A DNA stretch of 36,326 nt, taken from IMG/VR virus record IMGVR_UViG_3300026628_000004; one strand, 5' to 3'. Of the stretch, positions 34,581-36,326 are shown in pieces; position 1 is the first letter of the stretch, and the number at the start of each line of letters is the position of its first letter. Source of the DNA: a virus. A program made the position numbers and the translations under genes. The notes beneath the pieces are model-generated. The model made no database searches. It saw nothing but the letters and a program-made list of their open reading frames with translations, and was not told the DNA's origin.

Positions 34581-34883
34581 GCAAAATTATTGCTTTTTCC
34601 GGAAAATCGCATAGTGCATAAACCATTAATATATATACAAGTACACATTATTTATATTGAATTTTTTATAATAAGATACTGACAACATTAGCTAATGATT
34701 TTTTATTATAATCGGAATGGTTTATTATTAGTAAAATTTATATAATAATCATCAACACAAAATGGGGAGCTTACGCAACATCTTTTAGCTGCAACAGATC
34801 AGAAAAATAAAGGTGGTTTTGGGAACATCGGTAAAAAAATCAGGAAAATAATCAATCAAAACTATTTCGGAAGGCTGAGTTAT

Positions 34884-35357
34884 TTATGCTGTGTTATTAT
34901 AACCTTGAGGTGGTGTATCGTTGTGTTCTGAGTCCTGTTCTTTTTTTTCGAGCCAGGCTTTATATTCCGGGAACATCCTTTCAAATTCCACTTCCAGCCA
35001 TGCTTGCTCCCTGGGCGTTGCGCCTTTCCAAAACTCATCCAGCCACATCTTTATTTTCTCGATTGGTATGTCGGGAAGTTTTGTCAGATTGGGTTTATCT
35101 TGTTTGCCGGAGACATTATCTTTTTTCTTATATTTCTCACCGTGACCTGTAAGGAGCCAGTCGATATTGATGTCTTCACAAAATGCAAAGATTAAATCAT
35201 AGTCAATATTATTTCTTGCTTTCCAAGTCGATAGTGTACTTTGTCTCACACCCAGAAGATTAGCTAATTCGCTGTCATATCTCAAATTGTAAACTTCTTT
35301 GAGACGTAATAATATTTTTTTCACATCATGCGTTTTTTCTGTTGACATATATCCCAC
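34884..35357 (-). CDS. CI-type phage repressor (Phage_CI_repr HTH family)
   Basis: ELANLLGVRQSTLSTWKARNNIDYDLIFAFCEDINIDWLLTGHG. It is divergent from the early operon. The start could be the GTG at 35357 or the ATG at 35348. Confidence 0.8.
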   Translation of the reverse strand: MGYMSTEKTHDVKKILLRLKEVYNLRYDSELANLLGVRQSTLSTWKARNNIDYDLIFAFCEDINIDWLLTGHGEKYKKKDNVSGKQDKPNLTKLPDIPIEKIKMWLDEFWKGATPREQAWLEVEFERMFPEYKAWLEKKEQDSEHNDTPPQGYNNTA

Positions 35358-35500
35358 TGTGCGTTATTGTTTTTATTAGTAACATTGGAAATATAGCACG
35401 ACACAGGAGCACTGGCAATATCTAAATATAGGTCAGATGTGAAGATTCCGGCAGGGGCGGGCAAGGAGCAGATGACCTGAAAACAAGAAAGGGGGCAAAT
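35358..35500. promoter_or_regulatory. Divergent intergenic region; probable lysis-lysogeny switch (promoters and operators not resolved)
   Basis: It lies between the - strand repressor and the + strand early operon. AAATATAG occurs twice. Confidence 0.35.
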
Positions 35501-36298
35501 ATGGAAATCGTAAAATTTAACAACGAACAGTTTGGTGAACTAAGAATTGCAGACATTGAGGGTAACCCGTGGTTTGTAGCAAGAGATGTTGCTGAAGCCT
35601 TAGGGTATAAGGACGCAATTAACGCTGTTAAGCTGCATTGCAAAGGGGTGGTAAAATACCACCCCTATAAACAGCGGGTTTCAGACGGGGTCGTGAAACA
35701 CGACCCCTATGAACAGGACATCTCAGGCGGTCAGGCATATAATATTATTCCTGAGTCTGATTTTTACCGCCTTGTACTGCGCTCTAAGCTTCCAAATGCT
35801 GAGCGTTTCCAGGACTGGGTGACATCGGAAGTGCTTCCGTCGATTCGCAAGACAGGCACATACTCATTATATGAGCGGGTTGACAGTGCTGATCTTTCGA
35901 TGAAATGCGAATTCCTGAAGCAGGTGAGGCTTTCCGCACAAAACTTGCCTGGCTGGCAGCGGAGACAGGCTATTGTGCAGAGCCTTGAGTCTGTGGGCCT
36001 GCGTGTCAAAGCCGGCATAAATGATGAAACGGCTGATTTCGTAAATGCCGTTGTCACAAAAGATATCCAGTATTTCGAGCACTTGAAGGAAAATCACCCT
36101 ACCCTTTACGATTCGATTGCCAGCAATTTTGAGCGCAATAGAATCAGGAGCAATGACATAATAAAGGCTTACCAAATCATGTGTAACCCAACACTTTCTT
36201 CAAAAGCTGTGATGGCAAAAATCAGGGAGTATGACTCCCGCTTTTCCGTATCAGAAGTAAGCCGTATTAGCTCAGAAAAGTACTACAAAATACAATAA
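35501..36298 (+). CDS. BRO-N domain antirepressor-like protein
   Basis: FNNEQFGELRI....GNPWFVARDVAEALGY......A...HCKGV ... IIPESDFYRLVLRSKLPNAERFQDWVTSEVLPSIRKTG is the classic BRO-N pattern. Confidence 0.8.
   Translation: MEIVKFNNEQFGELRIADIEGNPWFVARDVAEALGYKDAINAVKLHCKGVVKYHPYKQRVSDGVVKHDPYEQDISGGQAYNIIPESDFYRLVLRSKLPNAERFQDWVTSEVLPSIRKTGTYSLYERVDSADLSMKCEFLKQVRLSAQNLPGWQRRQAIVQSLESVGLRVKAGINDETADFVNAVVTKDIQYFEHLKENHPTLYDSIASNFERNRIRSNDIIKAYQIMCNPTLSSKAVMAKIREYDSRFSVSEVSRISSEKYYKIQ
35645..35728 (+). repeat. In-frame 2 x 42-bp tandem duplication inside the BRO-N gene; each unit begins with a perfect hairpin
   Basis: Unit 1 is GGGGTGG-TAAAATA-CCACCCC TATAAACAG. Unit 2 is GGGGTCGTG-AAA-CACGACCCC TATGAACAG. 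Confidence 0.8.
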
Positions 36299-36326
36299 TA
36301 GGAGAAAAAACAATAATGAGAAAAAA
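36200..36326. repeat. Terminal overlap copy B, identical to 1-127
   Basis: Same comparison as copy A. The offset is 36,199 bp. Confidence 0.95.

Noticed and set aside
33657-34626. ORFs 33657-33869, 33891-34193, 33945-34145, 33977-34180, 34070-34312, 34230-34433 and 34423-34626 in the int-cI interval
   Set aside because: They use TTG or GTG starts or lack an RBS, overlap each other on both strands, and largely translate the repeat motifs. Their composition is not protein-like. I treated the region as non-coding.
1-36326. A second VR or additional DGR target elsewhere in the genome
   Set aside because: I scanned the supplied translations by eye for GGNW..., LGFRP-type or CLec C-termini and found only the one at 29289-30317. 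This was a visual scan only. A nucleotide search with the TR allowing A mismatches would be decisive.

Overview
The window is a complete, circularly closed temperate phage genome. Bases 1-127 are identical to 36200-36326, so the unit length is 36,199 bp. Nearly all genes are on the + strand.

Gene order:
- Divergent lysogeny switch: a CI-type repressor on the - strand faces a BRO-N antirepressor-like gene.
- Early HTH and zinc-ribbon proteins, then an AEP-like primase and an SF3 (P4/D5-type) helicase.
- GpA-family large terminase.
- A roughly 2.9 kb block of small accessory ORFs.
- Lambda-like head module: gpW, portal, S49 protease with a nested scaffold, gpD-like decoration protein and gpE-like capsid protein.
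- Lysis cassette with a GH24 endolysin.
- P2-like contractile tail and baseplate: sheath, tube, E/E+E' frameshift chaperone, tape measure, X, D, V, U, W, J, I and a fibre.
- A complete diversity-generating retroelement (DGR).
- attP carrying the 3-prime part of a tRNA-Arg(UCU)-like gene, then a tyrosine integrase.
- About 1.5 kb with no convincing ORF, dense in repeats and iterons.

The standout system is the DGR. It comprises a C-type-lectin/FGE-fold target gene (29289-30317) with a 116-bp variable region, avd, a 116-bp template repeat and a reverse transcriptase. All 13 VR/TR differences fall on template adenines. DGRs are a known class, so any novelty lies in this particular target protein and its context.

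Secondary points of interest:
- The ORF-free 33.4-34.9 kb region: a candidate structured RNA, a 287-bp element bounded by inverted repeats, and a GGACTC/GAGTCC iteron array next to an AT-rich tract.
- A roughly 64-bp element present in two distant intergenic sites.
- A 42-bp in-frame tandem duplication in the BRO gene whose two units each fold into a perfect hairpin using different bases.
- A C-terminal domain shared by the BRO protein and the helicase.

All protein calls rest on motifs recognised by eye. No database search was run. The cos/pac site and the host could not be determined.
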